A stretch of DNA of 64,000 nucleotides from Bispira polyomma (GCA_965649765.1 OZ287759.1:46748001-46812000), one strand, 5' to 3'. Shown: positions 38,111 to 52,757, counted from the first letter of the stretch. Notes: generated by a model from the letters alone, not told the origin. Made by a program: numbers and translations.

Positions 38111-40969
38111 TTAGGCATGCAAGTATTCACCTCACTGCAGAAAATGCGAAAGGTACGCATATTATTGGATTCTAAAATATTTTTTTGGCATGGCTATAGT
38201 TCACAACGACCTTAAATATTTGAAATATTCTAAGCTTTAGCCTGATTTACCTCAAATATTCTATATTAAGAAACTGCTAATGTTCAGACTTATGTAGGTC
38301 ATGGTTTAATTGTTATTTATGTAGATTTCTACTATAAATAAATGGCGCATGGTACACCAATTCATTATTTGGAACACAAAAACTACATATCCAAAAACAA
38401 ACAAATAAAAAATACACATTATATATCGATAAGCTCTTGTAGACTGTGAATGTTAGTATGAATGACTCATATATAGTTTATGCAGGCCACAATACCAGGG
38501 GTTTTTTTACCTTGTATAACTTGTGTGTGACCCAAATTGTCATTGAAACACACACATAAATACTGTCCTAGTTAAAACCCCTTTTTAATATCACCTAAAG
38601 AAGCAGCTCCCATTTCAAGTAGCAATCATCTTAATGAAAAGTGTCAACAAGTACAATCACCTCAATAAGGTGACAGTTTTTGTGGAGACTTGTTAGTTGA
38701 CATCAACCAAGCATTTGACAGTCTTATCTTATATTCTGATTTCTCAGCCACTAATGAAAAACATCTACAATTAAGATGTTGAACCCTTTTCACCCTCCTT
38801 TTATGCTAAAGGTTTGACCTTTAAAGAGTTAAAAAAAGAAAGAAAATATCTTCAACTGTAGATATTTATACATGTATATTAGATTGTTTTTACTTCAATC
38901 TCTACACTATCATGCTATTGTTTGTTATTGTTGACACAAGTCATTTCATGGCCTTAAACACATATATAGATCAATTAATAATGAGATATATATGAATGTG
39001 TATAGTATTATTACATACACTGACATTAAAACAGGAATCCCATTGAGGAATCTCATTTCATTTGTAGAATATCATATTCACTCACCCGGGATTACAAAAA
39101 AAAACTCTCAACTACTTGTAGTTCAGAGCTGTAAAAACTTTTTAATTAAACCAAAGAAAGAAAAGTAGCTTGGCAACTCTGTGTGTGTACAAATTAGGGA
39201 CATTAGTGTTTATCCAAGGTGTTTTCTTCCCGTTACCGACCAGATCTCTTGACATAGTAACTGTATCCCCCGCAATATGTAAGACACCCTTCATCATGAC
39301 AAGGTATTCTATCAGGTCAAATCGTTAAAGCCGGCGCTCCACTTAGGCGACAGATACATAAAGACACCGTGATGCGATGATTTATAAGTCGTTGTCCCCA
39401 TTGCTTGTGTGCAAAAAAAGCAAACGGATCTTCCAATGACATTGTTGTACTGTCAGTTGGAGATATGCACATTTCTAGATTCCTTGCAATACATATTGAC
39501 TATATTGTATGCGAAATAAGGAGGAGCGGTTTACCCATAATGCATCACATGCACCTAGTGACCTCCCCTTAACTGTAAAAAGGTCTAGGAACATAGAGAT
39601 TTCTCTAATTTTTGTCTGATCGGATGAAGAGAAGGTTGAATGGAAAAGCAGTTGACATCCCCCCCAAAATATTATTCTATTTTTCTTCTGTTGCTCGCAA
39701 TAAGAAATTGTTACTACAGCACAGACTCCTTAGATTAAACAATTATACATGAGGCCGTTATTAAATGCCGGAAGTAGTCTGTGGTGTGTGTTTTAGTGAC
39801 TCCAGCTATCTGTAACCTATTCCCCGAAACCAAAACTGATTTCCTTCAGTTTTTAGTGATTTGTTATCATCTTGAAGTCAAACGGGTTAATCACATCACC
39901 AGACTGTATATATATATATATCAAATGAGAGCCTGAGAAACAGGATAATTGTGGCCATTTTGGGGGTGGTGATAATTACCCAGGTAATAATGTTTAATTT
40001 TGAGTATTTTTTTTGTACCACCAATCTGACCATATATCTAGAACAGTTTTACACTACATGTTTCCACTTACGTACCAACCTACATTAAAAAAGGTAGTAA
40101 ACACAAAAAATATATAGATAAACACGAAGTATCAGTACATTATGTGAACTTAATGGTGTACCCATTAAGTTTACATAATATAAGTGCCACGAGGTGTTTG
40201 TCTATTATAAAACCCAACCCAACTAAAACAACATTTTGGAATGAAAATTGAAATTAAAATTAAGAATGCTTCTTTTAATATTTACTTTATTAAATGGCAG
40301 AAAAAAAGCTACCACTACATTATTTATCAATACTACATTATTAGAAAATAATGCTGTCAGAGTTCAATGGCAATGCATACCGCTAGCTAACTGGATAATG
40401 CCCCCACCCCCACCCACCCCACCCCCGCCTCTTCTCCCCCAAAACCTGGTTGTGTCTATATATGTCTAAAAAAGGATGTACTACATAACACTTTACCTGC
40501 TGTTGTAGGCTCTGACACAGTTATTAAATAAGACCAGTCATTTCTAAACAAAAATCCCTTTACTAAAAATAATATGTTTACAAGTAATGAGTTTCAGTTC
40601 ATAATTAATTTTTTAGGTAAACTGTAAAAGTCAAAGTCTAATGTACTCATGTCTAATTGCCTGTTATATAAATATTTCCCTGTAACTTATTTATATGTCT
40701 TTATTTTTTTTTTTTTTTTTTCTCTCTTTTTCTTTTTTTTAATTTCTGTTTATTTTTTCTTTACCAGGTTTTTTTTTTTTCAGATCTCTTTCGAAAAACA
40801 TGTATGTACCATTATTGTAAAAATGAATACTAATGTACTTAGAGTACGATTAATATAGTTTATTATTATTATTATTTAATTGTTTCCTTGAAAACTATTA
40901 GTACTACAAATGACATCACTACACTCAGCTGAATAAAACTGTGTATACATTTTTTTCGGGGGGCTTATT

Positions 40970-41750
40970 TACTTGAGGAGGCACACGCATCTGCTCCTCA
41001 AGTATTATTTTTACCCGCCCATGGTTTTTTTCAAAATCTTTTTAAACTCACTATTTTTTTTTTCAGAAACATTAGTGAGAAAAATGAGCAAACTCTGTTA
41101 ACCATAAAATTTTCCTTTTTTTAAAGTTCATTTATACAAAAAAAGCTTTTGGTAGCAAAACAATGACCACAGATGGAGATATATGTGGCCAAATAATTAG
41201 GTTTGGTCATCGTGCCGATGGACGCCGCCATGTTTAATTCCCACCTGAAAATATTGATTTCTATTTTATCAAAGCTATTTAATTTTAGGACGTGCACACA
41301 AAAGTATGACATAATATGAATTTTGGGTCATCAGCATTTTCGAAATCTCCAATGAGATCACTCAAAACATCATGCACCGAAACCCAGGGAGACTTATCGG
41401 AAATGCTGCAGAAGCACCACCTAGCGGCTTTGTACTACAGCCTGCATAAAATACATCGAACCCGAAACTAGTGGCAGTCAGCGGTAGGGCAGCTGAAGCG
41501 CCACCTAGCGATTATGATTAGTACTGAAATGAATTTGGGTGTTGTACTATTCAGATTTCCCAAACCATAATTTATATGTACAGTAAATATAATTTACAAT
41601 TTTAAAGTTTTTGACAAAATATGCATCTACAAAATGATTTTTTTAAATTAAATGCCTATCTAATATGTATTTCCCTTCCTATAATACTTCAATCTTGCAG
41701 AGGCTTACTTAAGTATTTGATTTGTACGAATATAACTTTCCTTCTTGGTG
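40970..41750 (+). mobile_element. Helentron/DINE-1-like non-autonomous element (tentative)
   Basis: 5' 11-bp inverted repeat tacttgaggag / ctcctcaagta, a similar motif plus small hairpin near 41705-41735, T-rich flanks. Confidence 0.4.
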
Positions 41751-42159
41751 TTTGGGGTTTTTTTTTTGTGTTTTTTTTTTTTTTGTGTGTGTGTTGAAAA
41801 CTGTACATACACAATAACACATGGATGAAATAGTTTATTCATAACCAATTACACTTACACTTTTAAGTTTATTATATTTGTACAGATATTTTGGTCACAG
41901 TGCAAGTAAGGTTTGAGCCTTTTTTGTAATCTCATCTAGCAAACATTAAAATAACAGTTTTGCAGTTTGTTTTCCAAGAAACTGACGTACATTCTTTTCT
42001 TTTTTTTTCAAATTGTGTTTGAATCCATTTGAAGTCAGTACAGAGTTAGTGTAGGTATGTCATTTAGCCATTGATCAGTAAACCGGTCATTTACAAATAG
42101 CCTTCCTAAGGCTCTGTTTTGTAGATCCGTATACATATACTTCCTACGCATTAGCAACT

Positions 42160-42625
42160 GTTGTTTGAAATCCATGTCACCAGTTTTAAAGCTGTTGTCT
42201 CTCAACAGTCCCCCCCCCACACACACACACATTGTCACTCGTCTTTTCTTCAGTAACCTTCATCTGTTAAACCCCACCCAGTGGTGGGGTGGGGTGGTTA
42301 AACCCCCAGTGGTTAAACCCCACCCAGAGCTTTTTCAATCACTGCATCTATGTTATGGAAGAGTTTGCCAGTTGAACTTACATTACTAGAAACACTTTTT
42401 TGTTTTAGGAGAAAACTTAAAACCTATCTCCTTAAACTCGCTTACACCCCCCCCTCCCCCCCCCCTTCCCCTGAATTCCCTGCCTCTACACCCCTATATC
42501 ATTTCTTATGGCCTGGCTGAAGGTTTTGGACTTCTCGATTAGCAAAATTGATTTTGTTATTGCGCTTTAGAAGGTGCCTTGCATCAATAAGGCGCGTTTG
42601 AAATGGAAAAAAAATACAATACAAT
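42160..42625 (+). mobile_element. L2-type LINE 3' fragment
   Basis: Same family as 34700-35375. Confidence 0.75.
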
Positions 42626-44296
42626 GTCTTTGAGGTCGGAGTTTCTTTAATAAGAAATACCTTAAGCAAGTCTCACATCTCCCTAAGTTAAAGAAGCCGA
42701 GTTCAATGCTAACTTTAACTGGTCATGGAAAAAATAACCTATACTTGTGACCATTCATTTTAATAGCCATTTTAACACTGAATTCAAATTTGAAGTCAGA
42801 TTTTTTTGCTAGATTTGATTCTATCCGGCGTTATAGAGAAACTAGATTTCAGTTTGACTGTAACTTTAAGCTATACATTCGAGAATTGTGAGCCCTGGTG
42901 ATCAGTCCTTGGATGCCACGGCCACTGTGTACATCTGAACAATGCTTTACTCCACAGTAGGTAAAGCAGTGCATCTTCACTCAGCACCACACCCAGTTTC
43001 TCTGAGGATCATAAAAGCCAGTCCATCAATTGATTCTATCATCCCATATGAGTCAAGCAGAACACTGATCGGGCTGAGTTATATCTCATATATGTATAGA
43101 ATATATGTATTAAATGGGTGTTGTTAAATTACCAGAACAAACCAATTTTCAGACAGGTATTTAAGTATTAGTCTATATTGACATTGTATTCCACCTTATT
43201 GGTGTGAGGCATCTTTCCAAAAGACCCAATAATGGAATCAATTAACCAATAGATAAATAAAAAAAAACATAGCTAAATCGTAAGAAAGAATGTGGGAGTG
43301 TCCAGGGAGGGAACTAAAGAGGCTAAATAAGTTTGCAGAGATAGATTTTAAGTTTTCTCCTAAATCCGGAAAGTGTTTCTAGTGAGCTAGTGTACACAGT
43401 TTACACCCAAGCCTGGACTTTTCACTTGTCAATCAATTGTCCAGTCTCAGCTCTGTCAGGGAGCACATACGAGTCAGGCTGCCACATGCAGTGTGCAAAG
43501 ACTACAACAACACCCATTTTAGCAGCCAGGTACCCATTTATACACATGGGTGGAGAGGGACAACTTCGTCCAAAGGGTACAATCTCCAAGGCTGCATCAA
43601 GGATCAAATCTGGGACCTTCAGAACCCTTAGATCTAAAGTCCCACACTCTAACCGCTAAAGGTCATACGATACCATTAAATAAAATCCATTTTGAGAATA
43701 GACTAGACTCGTTGACCATGTAGTCAGATGTGAGTAGGCCATGCCACACGCAGTCAGAACCACACCCACTGCCACAGTGGTGGACTATGGAAGCCAATGA
43801 AGGTCACGTGATGTCAGCATTCCCTATTATCGCCTGTTGCTATTTTTAGTGCACTATATATAGAGAGAGAAATGCTGAAGTGCTGAAGTAGTTCAGTCCT
43901 GGGCCAGTGTGTTAACAGTGGATTGTTTCACTTCTCCCACTTCCTTCCTTACGACTCTGCAATTTCCATGGACTTAATGATTGGACTAATGATTCTGCTG
44001 TTGCGCTTTAGAAGATGCCTAGCATCAATAAAGCACGTTAAAAATCTATAATCTAATCTAATCTAAATTGTGCTGGTGTATAAAGTAGGGATTTAAAGAT
44101 TTGTCTCGAAAACAGCTCATTTGGGTTAATGAATAACAAGATGAATGTCTGTTACAGTGAATATGTGTATAAACTAAAATTTAAACAGAATTAAGTTATT
44201 AAGAACGAACTTATTTCAATATGAAAACAACTGTATTAAAATAATAGTGATTCAACCACTATCAGTTATAAAATCCTGATTGCAAACCTCAAACTG

Positions 44297-44449
44297 AGGG
44301 GGCCGCGGTGGCCTAGTGGTTAACAAGCATTGCACTTCATAATCGCTGGTCTCTTACCTCTGGGCGGCGTGAGTTCGAATCCCTTCGATGCCTATGTGGG
44401 AAAGGTGGTAGTTCTGTCGATGCCTATGTGGGAAAGGTGGTAGTTCCTA
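44297..44449 (+). mobile_element. SINE S1, 3'-truncated with internal 30-bp duplication
   Basis: S1 head; tcgatgcctatgtgggaaaggtggtagttc occurs twice; TSD aaacctcaaa(c/t)tg. Confidence 0.88.
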
Positions 44450-45593
44450 AAACCTCAAATTGTCTTTGAATCTTGTCCTTTATTAAATATCCCTTCAGTT
44501 AGTACACCAGCCTTTATTTCTAAATTCAACATATATAAATACATACACGGGGCAAAGTATTTATCTACTCAAATGGTTCTCAATAATGTTATTACAAATC
44601 CCCCCCCCTCCCCCACCCAAAAACAAAATTTAAAAAGATAGGTATATAACTTATTTCAAAGCAATAAAGATACAGACCACTGTATTTACAAAAATTCTTA
44701 GAATACAGTTCTGAGAATTTTCTTTGTCTCAGCCAGTTAGATTCTTGGGAACAATATGTTCAGCCAATCAAATTGGTTGAGACAAATATTTTACAAAAAA
44801 AAATCTTTGTGAAGACCAGTCTCATCGTACTTTGCATATGGGACATACTAAATCGTCAATTTGTGGCACACAATTCCCTGGGTGTACATATAACACATTT
44901 TAGCTCAACATACTCTCTCATAACCGGCATATGTAAAACAGTTTACAATAAAAATTACAACATGTTGTGTGAATTTGGCATAAAAGGCGTAAAAGTTTTT
45001 GAGAGGTTTTGGTTTTAGTGGAATATGTCTTTTCAGAAATTGCTATTCCAAAAATATAAAAACACAACTCCACAGAATAAACATCTTAAAATAAACATCT
45101 TCAACAACCCAGATAATTGTCGGTTGAATTACATGACTGGTGATAGAAGTCCTGGTTAATCTATCACATTTCTTATTGACTGATTTCCCCTAATCAAATA
45201 CCTCGTGTTTAAAACCTTTCGTACATAGAGACACATATTAGACGTGTAACCTTATCTGTATAATATAGTAGAACTATTTAATAATAAGTCATTCCCTTGA
45301 GAAGGGCCTTGTTAGAACTCAATACGAGTGTCCTATATTGTGAACTGATCTGCAGAAAAAAAATCAGCTGCAAATCTTTGGACTTATTCTCTATGCATTT
45401 TTTTCGAATACAGCCTAATTGTGTTCAAAGCTGTCAAACTCAATCAACGCTACTTGTTCACTGCATCTCTGTTTCCTCAACCTGACCAAACGTACAAATC
45501 GGCCGACGCTGCTTCGCTGTTGCGGCTCCTGTTGAATGGAACAAACTCCTATCCTACAGACTGTCAGATCACAGGATAAAATCCCTGGTTTCA

Positions 45594-45790
45594 GATTTGA
45601 ATCTGAATTGGGATATTTAATGTCCACTCTAGTACCTGTTTAGGTTGTCTTGAGACGGATAGTTGGAAACGCTGGAGGAAACACTGCATACAGTTGATCA
45701 AGATTCTGCACTGAAACCACAGTAAGGAACTACCACCTTTCCCACATAGGCATCGACGGGATTCGAACTCACGCCAGCCGATCCCAGAGG
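45594..45790 (-). mobile_element. SINE S1, 5'-truncated (gggatcggctggcg subfamily)
   Basis: Matches S1 body and tail. Confidence 0.88.
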
Positions 45791-47415
45791 CTTTGAATCC
45801 TGTTCTGTTGCTTCAAATGTGGAAACTGTGTCAGGTACTTGCCATAGGTCGGTGGGTTACAAAGTGTTTTTAAAGCACGGGTTTTTTTCCACGGTTTAAT
45901 TTGACCGTAGTGATATGACCTAAGCGGTTGAAAGCTTTAGATGTCTTCCAAGTGCAACCAATATGGTTTGAAGTTGGGCTGGACGTCATAGATATGTAAA
46001 TTACGACGTTGCTGTGACGTATCACAGTGTAGCATGAAATCGAAGATGGTGATTTTGTTGCTGTCAAGAAGAAATGCCTATATTGGTATAAAAAATAATA
46101 TGAAGGCTAACTTACAAAATTAAGTATTTTTCTTTCTCAAGTACCAGCTTTCCCATCAATACCACAATCAGTGGCTTATAAAGGCCTACAACTCTTCAAT
46201 AAAACAAACTTACATATTAATATTATAGAAATGTGATACACCTTGGACACAATAAGCGGCTTTTTACAAGATATAAGTGTCCCGTATTACCGGATCCATT
46301 ATAAAAGGTAAAGTCAATATCTCTATGAAATTCCACAATTTAATAAAGTGGCTTTAGGACACACACCATTACTTGACTGGCTGCAAATGTTGTAAAACTA
46401 GAAATCTTAGCTGGTGGCAAATTTCACCAATCTTTACATTTATTGATAAAATCGATAGAATTATTATTTGTGACAACCATTATGGCAGGTTTTTGGCTTT
46501 TCACCCACGTATAAATCCCAACATTGCACACATCATGCCCCCTCCAGGCACACTACAACGAAGTTGAGGCGTGTTCCAAATGAAACTGTGACGGACGTGC
46601 TGCAAAGGGACACATACTTTCACTAAAACCCACTAATGAGAAATTAAGACATAACAAACAATAATGAATACCCTCAAATACCTACTAAATAGGGTTACTA
46701 ATTGACACTAATGCGATGCGAAATAGACCAGAACGAGCCAACACAACCTGTTACTGAGGCGAAATATTTCAAAACTAATCAAGACATACACCTCTCCACT
46801 CCTTTCCGCCCCACAAAACCCCTCCTAATGTCGACGAATCTGAAACGAAGTTAAAACGTACAGTCATTGATTGATACCAAGACATTTGTGGTGCTTTCGT
46901 AACGGTCATCTGTGTAAATGATACCTTGGTATAAACTATATGTAATTAACATTTTCGCTGTCCCAACTAAAATAGCTTAAATAAATTCCTGGTAAAAAAA
47001 TTGGTGCAGTATCTAAATGTGACCTATTTAAATGTTCACCTTCAAACAAAATGTAAACTGCTTCTAATAAGGTACCATTTAGCTATAAATATGAACATCA
47101 TTCTGAACAAAATATAAACACAAAACACTCAATGAAAATTAGTTTTTAGTTAAGTAAAATGTGACACCGTTATTTGATTTCATTTTATTTACTTATTTAT
47201 GTTGTATTTTGAGTTGTGTCAATTTTACAAGAGATCAGGAAAACAAATACATATACATGTATATGCATACTCGGAACCTCTCAACATATAAATATATATG
47301 AAATAAATTAACTGTTTTGCAGAAGGATCAGGTTATCTCATGCATTTCATATCAACAAGAAGAATTAGGTCAAAGTGTCAACCAATTACAGGAGTATTTA
47401 CAATATATGACAAGC

Positions 47416-47601
47416 NNNNNNNNNNNNNNNNNNNNNNNNNNNNNNNNNNNNNNNNNNNNNNNNNNNNNNNNNNNNNNNNNNNNNNNNNNNNNNNNNNNNN
47501 NNNNNNNNNNNNNNNNNNNNNNNNNNNNNNNNNNNNNNNNNNNNNNNNNNNNNNNNNNNNNNNNNNNNNNNNNNNNNNNNNNNNNNNNNNNNNNNNNNNN
47601 N
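47416..47601. other. Assembly gap (N run)
   Basis: Run of n. Confidence 0.99.
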
Positions 47602-49739
47602 CTTGGGGTGTTACATTCACTGGGCAATTAAGTGTTCAGCTATTTAAATAACTAATAAAACATAATCTGAAAATAAATTCCCCTGTGAAAGTTTTAATTT
47701 GTTATATCAATACTTTGAATTAAACAATAATACCTTTTGTGTAAAAGTTATATTCCAGCAAAATTCTCTGTAACAAAACCAGACAAATCAGTGGAAAATT
47801 TGCATCCAACTGAAATTTCCGTTGATTAGAGCATATAAAGAAATAGGGTAATTTTTGTTCAGTAAAAACATCTGTAAAAGGAAATGACTAAAACCTTATT
47901 ATTATTTATATGTCTATCTCTGTGTCATAGATTAACTTTTAAAAAGTTACCTGTATAATGAAGGGTAACTAGAACAGGTATATATCAAATTGCATATCAC
48001 CCTAATCCTTTATAAAGTAGCTGTGGTGTTAAATACCAATGATTGCATTGTATCCCCCCACTTTTTTTAGGGATATATGTATCCACTTTTGTGTGAATCA
48101 TTTCATGTGGTATCAGGTTTAGCTTTATATAAACTAATTAAAGTCCTAAGTTGGGAATGGGATACTCCTAGGTGTCAGTTGTATGGAACAGGTTTGGACA
48201 TTCTAAGCTTTCATCTTTGACTTTACATGGCTTTTATTCATTCATTTTATGTTGGGATCTTTTCCTTTAACAAATAGGCATTGTTCGTCACTTAGGCCTG
48301 GCCCCAACAAATGTAGTAAATTTATTTTGTGATCAGTCAAAAAACAACAACAAAATTCTGTATTTTGTAAGGACCTCCCCCCCCCCCCACCCCCACCCCA
48401 ACCCCCTCAAAAAAAACATCACTACAAGAGGCCCCTTATACACCAAATGATCTCAAACATTTATCCACCATCCATAGTGCTAATGAAACCTTTTTTCCTG
48501 CTTACCCAAGTACAGCCAACCATCACCAATAACTGTCATTCTTTTAGCTGAAGAGCTCATCAATGTGTGTGCGAATCATGTTTATTCTTTCACATGGGAA
48601 TGTTTGGCGGGTACTTGCCATAGGTTGATGGTTTACACAGTTTCTTCTGCCATTAAATCTGGCCCTTGCAATATGACCTAACCTGTTAAAAGCACCATAA
48701 AACCCACGGCAAGTACCTGACAAACTTGTCACATGAAGAAGAAATCTGTGGGATTCGATCCCCACAGGTGAGAGGCTAGTGATTTTAAAGCAGATGCTTA
48801 TAGCAACTAGGCCACCGTGACCCAGTAAAGAAAATGATGGCATTGCCCTAGTGGTTACAATCATTGGTTTCATTCGTTTCATGGGCACGTTGATCAATGT
48901 TCATCCTCAAGCAAGCCTCAGCGCCCCTAGTGGCTGCCCGTTAGGGAGCAGCATTTGAAACAATAACAAATGTCCTATTTCATTTCATTTATAGTACCAT
49001 AGATATCATATAGCCTTGACCTGCCAAATCACCTAATTTTCTCCTATTATACATAATGCCAAAAACAAATGGTGAGGTGTGTCTTAACATAATCTGCCCT
49101 AAAAAACAAAAGTATTTGACAACGACACCTGAATGTTACACAAAGCAATATTACGACGAGGGTACAGTTTTTTTCTAGAGTTTGCATATCTCCATATAAA
49201 CCTGTGTATGTTTACTTGACAACAAAACCCTCATATTACAAAACACATCATCAGCAATTACATGCTACCCATTCAGTTTGTGGTGCATTCTTTATGTTCG
49301 TCTCATTTCAACCAAATAATTCTATAACATTCATACATATATATATATTCACCCCAACCGTCTCACTTTACTAAGTGAAGACAACCTGTTTTTTTCTATT
49401 AATGGGAACTCTGTTAAATCTTCAAAAATGAATTTAAATGAGATTGCAGTATTTATGTCCTCCCCAAAGCAATGACACATTTTAATCACATGTATATATC
49501 AGTTTCTCTCCCCCCCCCCCCCGCCATGTTCCACAGCCCCAGGCTTTAGTGTAATGATACCCTGGATGGAGATGATGATGATGGCATACCCCTGGATGTC
49601 AAACCTCTCATGTGAACCACATGTAGACCACATATAGAACACTTGGTTTTACTGTTTCTACTTTCTTTTTATGCCCTGTGACTTACTTACATTGGTAATT
49701 ATAAAAGGATCTTTTTTAAAAGATTTCTAATGAATGTAC

Positions 49740-50085
49740 ACTAATTAACAAGTAACACATCCACTAAATGACAAGCCATACAGACACTAAGTCACTGTCC
49801 ATACACCCATTAAATCAATAGCCATATAAAAACTAACTCACAAGCCATAAATCCACTTAATTACAATCATGAATAAACTAAATTACAAGCCATTCAACCA
49901 CTAAACCACACCATTTCAACTACCAAACGACAGTCATCCTAGCACTAAACTACAGCCCTTCAGCCAACAAACAATAGCCATGTATCTTATAAATCCCAGC
50001 CAAAAAGCCTCTAAATCACAGCCTTTCAACTACTAAACGACAGCCATACACCCACTAAACCCCAGCCATACAACCACTAACTCAT
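49740..50085. repeat. Old degenerate 22-23-bp minisatellite (cactaaa-cacagccatacaac), ~15 units
   Basis: Periodic cactaa…agcca motifs. Confidence 0.8.
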
Positions 50086-50489
50086 GAGGAGGATGCCATT
50101 GATATTTCCTCCTGACCTTGGCAGAGTCGTGTTGCAAATGGTTGGCCTTTCTGAACTTGATCTATGGCATATACTTTGGCGTGACACCGGCTTTGGTTCT
50201 AGTTTGGTTTGCCAGGGATAAGTGTATACTTAAGACCAGGTGACTTAATGCAAGAGATCCATTAAAACCACTAATCAACGAGCTTCACAGTTAAAATATT
50301 TACCTATTGCATCAGTTACAGAAGGTGTTAACTGTAATATATTTCTATATTAGATCTCTGTAGGACTGATATCATGTTACCATTGCTTCATTAAACCACA
50401 TTCATGTCTGATATCTGTTCTACTTTGAGGAGACACCATGGCAGTGGTATATCATTGCAAGGTTTTTAATTAGTATAGCAATATATGAA

Positions 50490-50890
50490 AATTCTGTTGA
50501 AAAATCCAGGTCACCACTTTTAAAGCCGTTGTCTCTCAACAGCCCTCCCTACCGCTGCTTCACGTATTTCCTTCAGTAACCTCGTGGGAAAAAAAGAGAC
50601 TTTTTGTTTTCTCTGTTTAACCCAACCAGGAGGGCTGGATCTAGAGCTTTCTCTATCACTTCCACCAATTTCATGAAATAGTGTTCCAGTTGAGCTCTGA
50701 TCACTAGAAACACTTTCTGTGTTAAGGAGAAAACTTTAAAACCCTATCTTTTTTTAACTTTCTTAGTTCCCTCCATGTACACCCCTCCTTACGACCTGGT
50801 TATTTACTTATTTTATCTCTTGTTGTTTAACTGATTCTGTTGTTTCACTTTAGAAGATGCCTCGAATCAAATGCAAAATGCAATACAATA
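50490..50890 (+). mobile_element. L2-type LINE 3' fragment
   Basis: Same family as 34700-35375; aatgcaatacaata tail. Confidence 0.8.
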
Positions 50891-51007
50891 TATTTGAAAA
50901 TATTGCATGCGCAAAAGCTAAGCCACCGGCTACTGCATGTTCCAAATAGTTGATGGCATGTGCATAGTACTAGGTAAGTTACTAATTAAAATCATATAGT
51001 AGTCCCC

Positions 51008-51256
51008 AGGGCCGCGGTGGCCTAGTGGTTAGCAAGTATTGCGCTTCACAATCACTGGTCTCTCACCTCTGGGCGAGTTCGAATCCCATCGATGCCTATG
51101 TGGGAAAGGTGGTAGTTCCTTACTGTGGGCCGCTGGTTTCAGTGCAGAGCCTTGATCAACTGTATGCAGTGTTTCTTCCAGCGTTTCCAACTACCGGTCC
51201 CAATATAACCTACTAAAAGGTACTAGAGTAGACGTTAAATATCCCAATTCAAATTC
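51008..51256 (+). mobile_element. SINE S1, full length
   Basis: A/B boxes, S1 body and tail; no clear TSD. Confidence 0.9.
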
Positions 51257-52757
51257 TTTACCACTAGCCTTTTCATAGTGGTTCTACAAATGACACACAT
51301 TTCCCTACTCTTAACATTTCACATATTATGACAGGGTTTTTTCTTACAAATTTTTGTATGTGTCACAATAATTTCTCAAACCCCTGGGAACTTCTAAAAT
51401 AAGCACCTTGATTGTTGTGAGGAGGGAGGCGGGTGGGTAGAAAATATGTCAAAGATTTGTGTTCTCTTTCTGTAAAGCGACACCCCCTCCACATACAAAG
51501 GTTAGTTGATTGCATGCTAATGGACAATTTAAGGAGAAGGCCTTTAAAAAACATGCCATCAAATGAAACGTCTGTTCAGATGTCATCATTGGAAAAAAGG
51601 TTGGCATTCATTTTTAACCGCATTCTTTTTTTTTTTTGAGAATTCCAGTATCAAAACTGTAATTATCAGGCAGGTGTACAAATGGATACAAGACGTTGTA
51701 TCAGTGACGTTATAACGAATACATTTTTCCCTGGCTTGTGTTATTCCACACTTTATTTACTTGTTTATTTCTGTGGGCTCAAGACTGCACAAATACACAA
51801 ATAATAATACTATTCCAATTGCAGTCTATACATACTTACATTAGATTCAGGGTTTTGTGTATTACCTTTAAATAAATTGTCATAAACAAAATGTCCACGC
51901 CCCAAAATATTACTTTATTTTTTTATCAGTTCTATGCAATAGAAATGCAAAAATTATCATCACTTAAGTAAAAATGGGCCATAACTTTCATAATTTAGGT
52001 AATTGAAAAGATTTTAAAAATATTTTATATGTATTAAATTATTTTTAATTTCATAAAAGTTATAAACATTGAGTAAAAATTGTTTGTTAAAATCTAAAAT
52101 TTTAATATAAACAACAACAAAAATTAAATTTGAAAAAATGAATTAGGTTTGTTTTCAAAATAAAAATTGAATCGAAAACAAATGTACTTCGAACAGTATA
52201 CAAACAGAATTAAGTGTTTGAACCTTCCTTGTTTTGTACCATATGTATAAACACACTCTTCCAATACTTCACATAGCTGGAACATTCCTTTCTGTGTTTT
52301 GAAAAAGCAAGTGACGTCATAGCATCACGTGATCAAAGAGAGATTGAGATCAAGGATATGACGTCAGTGTAAACAAACCAATTCTTCCCCAGTACATGCT
52401 GACTTTACTTTATTAACCTTTAATTCTGTGTCAGAAAATGCATGGAAAAAGAGAATTGATGTAGGTGGACCTATTTGTTTAAGAAACTGATCTGCTTAAT
52501 GGTTTTAACCTTTTCATGGTTGGGTTGTGGCATACACTCACAGATATGACATGATCAGTGTCTCAAGAAGCTCAGACTGGCGCTGGTGTGGAATGTGCTT
52601 AATACAAGATGCAGACGTGGCCTTCAGATCGCTTTTGGGCTCCTTGAGAATGTTAAACAAGAATTGTCCTTTTTTCAAAAGACATAGAGGCCACAGTGTG
52701 ACTTGCAAAAAGTCAGTTTGGCTGGATCGATTGCTTCCAACCAATCAATGAAGGCCT

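Noticed and set aside
48921-48934. CTCF-like motif gcgcccctagtgg
   Set aside because: One base short of the core spacing.
49681-51850. Alternative first exons giving a split AT|G start (AT|GTAAGT near 49690 and 51840)
   Set aside because: Chance donor-like motifs in AT-rich DNA; the 32688 exon gives a better leader with the correct phase.
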